This document shows, piece after piece, positions 38,150 to 48,110 of a stretch of DNA of 60,000 nucleotides. Every line of letters starts with the position of its first letter. Position 1 is the stretch's first letter. This DNA comes from Camelus dromedarius (lineage: Eukaryota). The DNA is taken from positions 46,998,001 to 47,058,000 of the forward strand of contig NC_087436.1 of the NCBI RefSeq assembly GCF_036321535.1, written 5' to 3'. Under the pieces are notes generated by a model. It had not been told where the DNA came from. It saw only the letters and a list, made by a program, of their open reading frames with translations, and ran no database searches. The translations under genes and the position numbers were made by a program.

Positions 38150-40260
38150 AATTTAGTCACACAAAGGGGCCTGCAAGGGAAAAAAGAAAGGATGAAAGCG
38201 GCAGCCGCCGAGACTTCAAAGGCCACGCCGCCGCGCCGGGCCCTGCGCAGGCGCCGCCCTCCGCGGATATAAGGTGCGGCTCGCACACGCGGGCGGCCTT
38301 TCTGCGCTGGCGACCCGCGCGCGTCCTCGGCCCGAGGGTGGATGGAGGGGGGACAGGCGGCGGAGGGAGGTACCAAAGGACGAGCCGCCAGGTCTGCGCT
38401 ACCCGCCGCAGCCCGAGGCCGGTCCGCACGCCAAGTTAAGGAGCCTGAGAAAAGTTTTCAGAAAGGAGGGAAATGAATTTCACGTCCAGCTCGCTAGGCG
38501 AGCCGTCCTGCGGCCCGCAAATGTATTCCAGCTCCCAAATCCATTCCATTCCAATCTGGGATCCCCTTCCAGACATAACGCCGGCTCCTCTGCACGGGAG
38601 CCCGGGTTCCCGCCGGGGGTTGACAGGGGTTCCCGTCGCCGAGCCGTGCGGCGAGGGCGCGTGGCTGAGCTCACACTGGCCCGTGCCGCTCCTCTGAGTA
38701 TGCCCCGCGTCCCCTCCTTCCTGTCCGCGATCACCCCAACTTGCCTCCTCTCCCTCTGGGCGCCCTCGGGACGTGGGCCCTCTCCTTTGGGTTGGCAGAG
38801 GGTCAGCCAGCAGAACCCACAGGATGTAGGGTGGGATGGGGCCCTCTCTTGCGGGCCGCCGTGTGAGGACCCGCCCCCTTGGACGGGCGCGCCTTGGCCC
38901 TCCCAGCCAGCGAAACGCGGGCGCCGAACGTCCCACTCGCAAGAGCGCGGGAGAAGCCGCGGGAGGGCTGGAGGGGCGCGGCGGGATCCGTGGGCGGACC
39001 CCGCGATACTCTGAGGAGCTGCAGACGCCAACCGGCGCCGGCTCGCGGAAGCCCGGCGTCCGCAGGCGGCCGGATTTGGGAACTACATTTTCACGGTCCC
39101 ACGAGTTCTCTGTTACCCCCCGTGGGTGTGGGGGTTGAGTTTGTTTGTCTTAGGTGGGGGCAAGAAGAGGCGGAAGAACCCCTGGGACACAAACTGCCAT
39201 TTCCCTCGCCCCCACCCCTCCCTTTCCGAGAAGTCCGTTAAACTGAAGATGCCCACAGCTTTAGTCCCCTGGTGATGCTGTAGTGGGAAATCGAGGGTGC
39301 AGGAGTTCCGTCTCTGGAATCACATTATTCGTTTTTCTAGTCCTTCACCCTCGCTACTCTCTCTTCCAGCATTCTCTTCCGTAGGCCCCCTCCATCTCCT
39401 TCCTTTGTGATCCCACCAAAGTTGTAGCTGGGAGAGAGTCCAGGCCACACAAAGGGGGAGACCGGGAGCCTGGGCGGGGGGTTAGGACCAAGGAGGCGGA
39501 AAGGGCTCTGAAGGGCACCGCGCTTTTCCCTCCTCCCTGTAATTAAGGACTCACTTGAGTGTCTGTAGCTGACTTGACTTGGCAGCAAAATCGCCAGGGG
39601 GAGGGGTCTCTGGTGTGTGGGGTGGAGAAGCGGGTTGTGGAGGGGGTCAACCTCCTAGTTCCCCTGCCGGCACCCGTGGGGGGCTGGGCCGCGTTTACCC
39701 TTCGGGCTGCGAGGCCTGTGTCTGCCGCCCCCCCTCCTCTGTTCCGGCCCGGGGTGGGCGCCTCGCCCCCCACGCGCAGCGCGGTTGACGGCGCCCGGCG
39801 CAGAAGGAAGTGTTGATATAAAACAAGTCACTGTTCGCTCCCAAACTGAACCCCAACCAACCAAAGCCACCAAGAGGGGAAAAACCAACAGCAATCCAGC
39901 CAGCCCCTGGCAATTGTTTCACGGTCGGAATTAAATCACATCAAAACGCCCCCTGATACCCACATCCTGAAGGAGTGAACCTGCAACAGCCATCCTCCAG
40001 TCGTTCGCTCGAGTTCACACGAACAACCTGCCTTTACATCCGAGGGAAGGGGGCGGAGGGCGGCGGTGTTTCTCCCGCGCGGCACCCACCACATCCCGGA
40101 CTTTGCGCCCCAAGAGGCGGCTGCATATGTTAATAGAAGCCCCCACACGAATTAGAAGAGACTTCCCCGCAACAGAAATACCTTTGCCTGGAACTTCGCC
40201 GAACCTGTAGGAAAGGAGGAACGTCTTCCCAGGGTTACTTCGCCCCTCCCGCGTCTCCCA
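38150..40260. promoter_or_regulatory. Upstream CpG island (probable antisense lncRNA promoter or enhancer)
   Basis: Dense CpG; NRF1-like TGCGCAGGCGC (38244-38254), GC box GGGGCGGAG near 40050, TATA-like elements near 38268 and 39817. Confidence 0.8.
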
Positions 40261-42443
40261 GCCTTTCCTCCCTGGAGAGAAAAGAACATTTCACGTGGAA
40301 ATGTCAATCTCCCTCCCAGACCAAGCTTTAAAAAAATGTTTTCTAGGAAAGCACCTTTTAAGTGCATCTCATCAGACGATTTGCAGCAATGCTAAGGGAC
40401 AATCAGCCAACAGCCCGCATGCCACGAGGAGGGAAAACAGCCACGCACATAGAATAAGGCTCTGGGTGATTTCGTTAGAAACAGTGTTTCCAAAGGAGAT
40501 TTGCCGCAAAACACAGAACGCAGCCACCTACTCTCGGCCCTTCTAGTAAACGGTCCCCACTAGTTACTGTTCCAAAAATTCCCATCTTCTCGAACTCCTA
40601 ATCTCCAGGACACCTGGAGCTGAGCTCCAAATGACTCAGGGAGTCCAGATAATTAATATGAAGGAGTAAATGGGATTCGAATTAGTTGCAACACAAACAG
40701 GGGGGTATAGGAGTTGTCATTTAAGCTCTCTTTGACTTCTAGAAAATACCCTCTGGCCATTCTGAATGCCGCCCTCCCCCCCTTACCCCCCCCCCCCGTT
40801 TGATGAAAAGGAACTTCTACTCTGGTTGCTTTGGTGAAACAGTTTTCCAGTTCTTTTCTTATCGGTCAGATTGGCGCATTTGTGGGAGAACTTTTGGCTT
40901 TGTTTTACATATATCTTTTAGAACAGAGGGTATAATGTCTGACACAGCTACATGTTCACATCTCTGGGACATTACACGGAGGAAGTTGCATATCGCTACC
41001 AACCAAAAAATAAAATTGAGGTTCCCCCCCACCTTTTTAATATTGCCTTACATATTTTAGCAGATTATTCTTTTTGTTTTTCTTCTCTAAGGCATAGCAT
41101 TATCGGCCATTTAAAGTGGAATTAATGTTTCACTCTTCCTGGGTCCCGTCACCAGCCCTTTAATTTTACCCGTCCCCCCAGATAGAATTTACTGTGTGAC
41201 CACTGGCCACACTCTATGTGAGCAACTTAACCCTTTAAATGATGTAGTTTTTAAAATTGCTTCCTAGTGAATTCCTATCCCTAGCAAGTAATTATCAGTA
41301 GGCGAAGTTTTGAGTGCTCATTTGGAGCATTGTTAAGATCTTTACTTATACAGTATCTAGCAGCTTGCAATTTCCTCCTTAGGGAAAGAAGAGGGATCTT
41401 TGCATGACGATTCCTGTATAATGGAGCTAAAGTCTGATTCTGTAATGTTTTTCTTATTTTCAATTTAAGAGAGATGGAGACACATTTCTTCCTGCCCCTT
41501 GTTTACTGTTCTGAGGTTTTACAGATGGCTACTGTATTGAGTATAATAATTTTGCCTGGATTTTTAACTGAGGAGGTTTGAGAGCCAAGGAACAAAATGT
41601 AATGTGTTTTCAAACTTCAGCTTTGCTCATACTGTAACTTTCACAAAGCATCTCCTTAAAAGTCCTGTCCTTGTACAAAAAGTATCAAAGAGACGGTGGA
41701 GGCTGGGGAATTTTTGAGGTTGGATTCGGATTTGCATCTTCAAGGGTCCCTTTGAGCGTTCAGTCTGAGGTGCCAGAGGCTGCCCTGTCCTCACTCCTAC
41801 TGGCTTCGCTCTCCTGAGTCCTTTTGCCTTCTCTTTCCCCTCCTTGGCGTATATCTCCGAAAATTCATGAGAGACCTAGCATTACTCGCTGTGCGTCCCA
41901 TGGTGAGGAGGTAAGGAAAGAGATCTTGCTTAAAAAGCGGTAATTAAGACCCAGTCTTGAGTTTTTTCTTCGTCGTCCTATTTTTTTCGGTAAGCCTGGA
42001 GATTGTTTTTGCTAGCATGTATTCCCTTGTCCTTTTACAACATATTTAGAAAAGCCACAACTCTCTAGTTCTTCTCGCTTCCGTTTTCTCATATTAGTTG
42101 AGCAATGTGTTGTTCCCCCTTTTCCTTCTATCCTCGATTCCCGCCTCATCCCCTCTGTCAGAGCATCTATCAATGTGGTGTCGATCACAGCTGCGGCGGC
42201 TTCTCTTTCATCTTCTTCCCACTGCCCGAGTAAGGGAGGGTGAGAGGGCGGCGGAAAGGAGGTGGGGGAGAGACTGGCGGAGGAAGGGGGGTGGGTGGGA
42301 AGGGACAAGAGAAAAGATACTTAGATGGTGAAGTTAAACCATTAGGTCAGAGTTTCTCGTCAATTTCACGTGGGCAGCGCGTGAAAGCTCAAGAAGCGTC
42401 GGGTCCTTCCTTCCCTCGCCAAGTTGCCTAAATTTTTCCTCTA

Positions 42444-42462
42444 GCGCGCGCGCGCGCGCGCG

Positions 42463-42522
<60 letters not shown>
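42444..42522. repeat. Compound microsatellite G(CG)9-AA-(CA)29
   Basis: Direct read. Confidence 0.97.
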
Positions 42523-42526
<4 letters not shown>

Positions 42527-42870
42527 ACTAGGACTCGTCCTACAGGCTCTGGGAGAAGAAAAAAAAGTCCTCAATCACCACCTCCTCGCGGTCCCCCTCC
42601 TCCCCCACAGCGGGCAGCCAAGGAGAGCTGGAGGCGGGGGAGGGGAAGGGGAGGAGAAGCGACGCAAGTGGGTAGCTTTTCAGCGCCGGCGAGGCGCGGG
42701 AGGAGGAGAAGCAGTGGGGAGGCGCAGCCGCTCACCTGCGGGGCAGGGCGCGGAGGAGGGACCAGGCTGCGCGCTCTCGGGCCGAGGAGCCGGGACGCGC
42801 CCGCAACCCCGCACGCGGCCCAGCTCGGGGCGTCACCTCCCCCAGGCTCGGCGAACCCGAGGGGTGCAGT

Positions 42871-42963
42871 TCTTTGCTTTGACAAGCAGCCCGACGGAGG
42901 CGTGGAGAGCGGCGAGCAAGAGAGCGAGCGAGCCAGACTGAGAAACTCGAGCCGGGAACAAAG
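42871..42963 (+). promoter_or_regulatory. TCF/LEF sites downstream of the TSS (autoregulatory Wnt response element)
   Basis: TCTTTGCTTTGAC (42871-42883) and GCCGGGAACAAAG (42951-42963). Spacing is consistent with the two TCF sites described in the human LEF1 promoter. Confidence 0.7.
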
Positions 42964-42974
42964 AGGGGTCGGGT

Positions 42975-43008
<34 letters not shown>

Positions 43009-43029
43009 CGCGTGTGTCTGTGTGTGTGT
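42975..43029. repeat. Compound microsatellite (TG)13(CG)6(TG)n in the LEF1 5' UTR
   Basis: Direct read. Confidence 0.97.
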
Positions 43030-43215
43030 CGACTCCAGCTCCCGGCAGAAGCATTTGGGTCCAAGGCCCCTGCTGTGAATCCCCAAGACCCAGCCGTGCC
43101 CTCCACTGCCGACTCCCTTCGCTCGCCGGCACAAACTTTATTCTTGGCAAACTTCTTTTCTTTCTCTTCCCCTCCTCCTCCGCCCCCACCTTCTCCTCCT
43201 CCTCCGGCAGATTAA

Positions 43216-43269
43216 ATGCGCCAGGAGAAGGAAAACCGAAGCGAAAGGGAAGGAAATAAGAAGCTCTAA
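43216..43269 (+). other. uORF, 17 aa (MRQEKENRSEREGNKKL*)
   Basis: Only ATG found between ~42660 and the main ATG; stop TAA at 43267-43269. Confidence 0.75.
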
Positions 43270-43934
43270 AACGGACATCTCCAACCCGGGTGGCTGGTTT
43301 TTGTTCGGTTTTGTGGTTTTTTTGTAATACCCTCCAGGAAGTGGACATTTCGTTGTCTTCAGATTCTCCTTGCACCGTCTCTATTGGGGCAAAGGGAGTC
43401 GTTTTGCCCAGCTCCCTTCTTTTCTCGGAAAACAAACTCCCAGATTGGCATCCAGGGAAGCTAGGGTGGAGAGGTTTGCGTAGAGACACGCCAACGGACC
43501 CTCCTGTGCACTTTGGAGAGTCGAACCTCCTCCGGAACCGGCGTCCACCGCGCGCAGACCCGGGAGACGCTGGTGGCGTGGGGTGGCCGCTGCGGCAGCC
43601 TAGCCTAGCCTAGCGCGCGCCGCGCAGACGCCCCCAGAGGCGCCGGCTGCGGCGGCCCTCGCAGTTCTGTGTCCTTTGGCCTCGGGGACGGGCGCCGGCG
43701 TTGGTCTCGGCGGAGTGGGAAGGCGCAGGCGGCTGCCCGGGCTCGGGCGCCGCTGCAGCTGCTCTGGTTGTCGGCCGCCAGCCCCGTGCTCGCCGGCCCG
43801 GCTTCCGCCCGCCCTCCTCCCTCACGCATCCTTCCAATTCTCCTTTTCTTCCCCCACCTTTCGTTGACCCATTCTCTTTTCTGCTGTCGCCTGTGGTGCT
43901 CCCCCAGCGGAGCGGAGATTACAGAGTGGTCGGG

Positions 43935-44147
43935 ATGCCCCAACTCTCCGGGGCAGGCGGCGGCGGCGGGGGGGACCCGGAACTCTGCGCCACGGACGAG
44001 ATGATTCCCTTCAAGGACGAGGGCGATCCCCAGAAGGAGAAGATCTTCGCCGAAATCAGTCACCCTGAGGAGGAAGGTGACTTAGCCGACATCAAGTCCT
44101 CCTTGGTTAACGAGTCCGAAATCATCCCGGCGAGCAACGGACACGAG
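43935..44147 (+). CDS. LEF1: LEF1 coding exon 1 (aa 1-71, beta-catenin-binding domain)
   Basis: ATG at 43935 gives [71 protein letters not shown], the LEF1 N-terminus. 213 nt, ends GAG|gtgagc (phase 0). Confidence 0.99.
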
Positions 44148-44316
44148 GTGAGCGGGCCGCTGCCCCGAGCTCCAAGAGGCGTGGCGGGTCCCGGGAAGAG
44201 CAGAGGGAATAAAGGAGGGAAGGCACCCAGCAGCCCGGCCTGACTGGTCCCGAATAGGTCTGCTGGGAGCAGGGTGGGAGGATGGGGGTAGATGATGGGT
44301 TCCTAGTCAACGTTAT

Positions 44317-44318
<2 letters not shown>

Positions 44319-44348
<30 letters not shown>
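44319..44348. repeat. (GT)15 microsatellite in intron 1
   Basis: Direct read. Confidence 0.95.
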
Positions 44349-44351
<3 letters not shown>

Positions 44352-44619
44352 GGGGTGTAGAGGGAAACATTACAAGTGGATCAGTTTTGGGGTTCGGAGA
44401 TTAAACCGTTGGTTTGCGGCCAGGAGAAGCTGCCTTTAACCCGTAACGTTTCACCTTCGGACTTTTTTACTGGGATTGAGAGGGTGCGATGCCTTAAAGC
44501 GAGGATGAACAGCACAACTGAGAAGTTCTTCCGTAGAACGGAAAACAAAGTGCACGCGCTCTCTCTCTCTCTCTGTAGATGTCTCTGCAAAAGTGCGTTA
44601 AACCACCAAAGGTTTAGGT

Positions 44620-45240
44620 AGAGACGAGCAGAGCCGCAAGGCAGAGAGGAAGGGGAGGCGGGCGTGGGCCGGGGACAGGCGGGGCCGTCCCAACCGCCGC
44701 CAAGCCGGGCTCGCGAGGAGCCGGCCGGCCGAGGGGGCGCGCGCTCGGGCGGCGGGGGCGGTTCGGGACCGGGTCCTTGCGGCCGCTGGAGTTCCAGCGC
44801 CGGCGCAGGCTGCCGGGAGCCGTGGGAGCGCTGAGTCGAGCCACTTCTTGGAGGCCCTGGCAGTACTGCCCGCCACACTAGTTTTCTCCAACCACCTTCA
44901 CTTAAAGAAGAAGAAGAAAAAAATATCACGCTTCTATCTGGGGTTAGTTTGAGCCAAGATCAGGCCTTAAATCTATGCAGAAGAAAGGCGAGTCAGAGTC
45001 GAGATGCGGCGGAAGCCAGGGCACCCACTCAGGGGAGGGTGGAAAGCGCCTTTATCAGATCTCCTGGCCCGCTGCGGGCGATAGCGCTGGTAACCCGAGT
45101 AGAGTAAATAGAGACACGTGGGTGCTGGCGAGAGAGAGCCGCGAACCGGACCGCGCGGAACGGCTATTTCAGGCCGCGAGGAGAGCTTCAAAAGATGAGG
45201 GGTGGGGGGAGCGGATGGACCCTGATACCCGACACTCCAC
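44620..45240. promoter_or_regulatory. Intron-1 CpG island (candidate alternative or antisense promoter)
   Basis: GC/CpG-rich block with several GC boxes, upstream of the MAG mini coding exon. Confidence 0.75.
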
Positions 45241-45477
45241 TGGCCACACTTGTTCACAACTGGGCAATGCTTTGGAGGAAATCCGGTAGAAAAGACCTGA
45301 CATTCAGATGATTTCACCAACGCTTTTTCCCTCCAAAGAAATTTGGAGGGTATACCCTTTTTCCTTAAATGGCATCCTTCTGCCCCCAAAAAGAAAGCTT
45401 GTGGTTTTGAGGGCGGGGACATTTTGGGTTTTAAACAGCAAGTTTAAGAACACATCAGAGTTACCTTCTTTATCCCA

Positions 45478-45486
45478 ATGGCAGGG
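45478..45486 (+). CDS. LEF1: Candidate alternative first exon of LEF1, coding part ATG GCA GGG (MAG), spliced to exon 2
   Basis: ATG GCA GGG|gtgagt is a phase-0 donor matching the exon 2 acceptor and lies just downstream of the intron-1 CpG island. Resembles the human isoform I recall starting MAEVARQ. Confidence 0.7.
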
Positions 45487-46612
45487 GTGAGTACGCATTT
45501 TGGAAGGCCGGGGACCTGGGTTCTAAGGAGAACATGGGGGTGTTCTCTATCCCCTGAATCTTTCATCCCAACATGCCAATTCAGGGACAGCTAGGTTGCA
45601 GCCAGCCCTACTTGAAAGGTGTGTGACCATGTGTGTGTTGTAGGAGGAGGTCACTGGGAGGACGTATGTCCAAGGAACCAAATAACATCCCGAACACTCG
45701 AGGCCAAACTCAGATTTGTAGAGCAGCCTTTTGTTTTGTTTTGTTTCTAGCCATTTTGCTTGTCCTTTCTTTTTCTATAAATAAATTTGCCAGCCACTTA
45801 CCATTTTCTGCATGTTTCTGCCCTGCGGAGAAGGGCCCTGCGTTTGAAGCCCAGAACCCAGGTATAAGGGCTGTGTTAATCTTTGCCGGTGGTAAGTGGG
45901 CATGGGGCAGGCCCAACGAAGATGGTGAAGGGGTAATACCACTGATTTGCACGTGGTTAAGTCTGGGTGGATGGTGGTTACCAGAACTGATATTAGCTGG
46001 GCTACCTTTTAGGTGTCTATGACCCAACTCTCAAATTTTCCTCCCTTTAACCACAGAATAGTTCACTTTTCTCTTGTAAGCTTGTAGTCAGCTAACCATG
46101 GTAGATTAGGAGGAGTGGAGCTCCTGCTTGAACTGGTTTGGGACAGTTGCCTAAGACCCTCATTTGTCAGTAGTGGGCTTGTTTTTATTTAAAATGTCAT
46201 TTTCAGTTGCAAAATCGTACTTCACTTGTTTAATGAGTTCTGATTGAAGTGAACAGTGGTTGAAGAAGCTATCAGAACCATCAACCCCATTAACTCAGAT
46301 TCCTATCACATTGGGCATCCAAGTAGCCTTGATGTGTTTTAGCGAACAGCATACGGACCGTCCCCAAATTTGTTTTTATTATTATTTATACTTTCTAGTC
46401 CTGGGTAGATAATTCTCAGAAACACATGTTGAAAAGGAAAAGATTTCCCAGTACTCAACCCTAGCCTATTCTCTAAGATTAAGAAAACAGGCAGGTTGAG
46501 TTGCACCTAATCTTCCTCCTTTGAGTTACCAGTGGAATCACACTTACTTTGGTATTGTCATAAATTCTAAGGTGATTTCCTTTCTTTTGGGGGTGGGGAA
46601 TTGTGCTGTTAG

Positions 46613-46679
46613 GTGGCCAGACAAGCACAAACTTCTCAGGAGTCCTACCATGACAAAGCCAGAGAACACCCTGATGAAG
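46613..46679 (+). CDS. LEF1: LEF1 coding exon 2 (VARQAQTSQESYHDKAREHPDE/G)
   Basis: ttag|GTGGCCAGA...GATGAAG|gtaaga; 67 nt, phase 0 to 1; continues the LEF1 sequence. Too short for the ORF track. Confidence 0.97.
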
Positions 46680-48039
46680 GTAAGACACTAACTCTACTTC
46701 TCCCAGTTTTATTGTTTAACATGTGCAATTTGTGAATATAGGGATGTTTTTTATTTTCGTCCAAGAAACCCAGATTAGATGTAATATGACATTTGTTAAA
46801 ATGGAAAAAAAAAAACAGGAAATTTGTTGTTTCTCCATAATGTGTGTTTACAGTGTAAAAACTGTGAATTTAAATGAGTGAGGGGCCTTTGGATTTCAGT
46901 TGGATTCCAAAATTCTTTGTGGAAGAGAAATGTCTATGATGAGTTTTCCTCTTTTCCTCACTTTACCTAAAGTTCTAATTATAAATAGATCTTTAGTATT
47001 TTTTTCCTGAATTGTTACAAAGTAACAGTCTACATCAATTTATTTTCCAACAAGAATAGTTTCAAAAGGATTTTCACTTGTAAAATTGCTGTTTCTTGTT
47101 ATAGTGTATGTGCATACTAAATATGGCTCAGTAAAGAAGAATCTAACCTTTAAAAATATAAAACTTAATTCTTAAAGTTAGGAATGATGCATACAGAACA
47201 TGATAGTCAGACTTTCTCTCCATTTCTTATTCTTGCTCAAAACATTAAAAATTATGTATATATTTTAAGATTTAAAGAGAACTCTCTGTGACTTTAAAAG
47301 AATGTGTAATCTGTAGGGTTCCTTTGTTGAACAGTGTCCATTTCTGTTCTCCTTTAATTACTCACAATTGGCCTGACCAGAATGAAGTGTTCTCATGTAC
47401 AACATGTCAGCCAGGGGAAGAAGGAAAGAGAGTATAATATCAGGCTTCCTTCTGAGCTACAAAGTAGTTACACAGATTGAAGAGAAGAAATGTATACACT
47501 GAATACACACAAGTTTCTTTGGCAGAATGATGTAAGTGTAGCACATAAAATTAAGTCTCCTGGAGTTAATCCTTCATGAATTTGGATAGTTTCCTGTACA
47601 CTAGATACAACTCTCTCACTCAGTAAAATGTAGTCATTTTCTAGAAACCTAGAAGCACAGGTAGAATTTTTGAGTCTGCCTGTAAGCTGGAGCATAACTT
47701 TAAGTAGAGTAAATGTATACGTGTGTGTAGAGCTGAATGGCCTAATGTATTTATATTACAGCTTTATGTTTGTGTGTCTTCTTTCATCTGTCTGTATTTC
47801 TTAGTCCAGTTTGTTAGTATTAGAACAAATTAAGTTAGATGGATAACACTTATTTTTGTAAAAACACCAGTCAGTAGTGGAAGTAAATTGAACCACATGT
47901 TTTTAAAACATCTGGTTCACTGCTAAGCCATTTAAGAGAATAAATACTGTCAATCTAAAATAGAGCATAATAATCCAGTTACAATATTTTGTAAACAAAT
48001 CTTTTATGTAAGGTCTGATTTGTCGTAGAACCATTAACT

Positions 48040-48110
48040 TTTCAAATGAAAAATACAGTGACATAAAAAGGAAGTCAATGTGTCATTGATTGTTCTTTGC
48101 ATTCTCTCAG
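48040..48110 (+). promoter_or_regulatory. Intron-2 (P2) promoter for truncated dominant-negative LEF1
   Basis: TATA-like CATAAAA at 48062-48068, about 50 nt upstream of exon 3, followed by ETS AGGAAGT. In-frame Met116/Met117 at 48176/48179. Confidence 0.6.

Larger units (their letters stand above)
42680..43934 (+). other. LEF1: LEF1 long GC-rich 5' UTR (start approximate; IRES reported for the human orthologue)
   Basis: Closely resembles the human LEF1 leader as I recall it (e.g. TCTTTGCTTTGAC, GGGAACAAAGAGGGG, AGCGGAGCGGAGATTACAGAG before the ATG). Confidence 0.8.
42560..44240. promoter_or_regulatory. CpG island over the LEF1 main promoter and exon 1
   Basis: Very high GC and CpG density; GC-rich and TATA-less around 42600-42760. 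Confidence 0.9.

Noticed and set aside
39082..39093. ZNF143/THAP11-like ACTACATTTTCA motif
   Set aside because: Lacks the CCCA of the ACTACAnnnCCCA consensus; too weak to call.
37852..39241. Long overlapping ORFs (up to 246 aa) in the upstream CpG island
   Set aside because: Low-complexity Arg/Pro/Gly/Ala products on both strands are expected from stop-codon scarcity in GC-rich DNA; no recognisable domain.
1..43000. Apparent window-wide excess of CTTTGAT/ATCAAAG motifs (about 14 seen by eye upstream of LEF1)
   Set aside because: A rough composition-based expectation is about 8, so the excess is modest and untested; only local clusters are reported.
42571..43489. Minus-strand ORFs of 187 and 218 aa across the promoter
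   Set aside because: They run through microsatellites (THTHTH) and GC-rich UTR with no homology; not credible CDS.
44148..44243. ORF read-through beyond LEF1 exon 1
   Set aside because: Intron 1 sequence after the GAG|gtgagc donor; LEF1 similarity stops at GHE.
48080..48110. N-terminal MSLIVLCILS of ORF 48080-48292
   Set aside because: Translation of the intron-2 polypyrimidine tract; the real exon starts at 48111.
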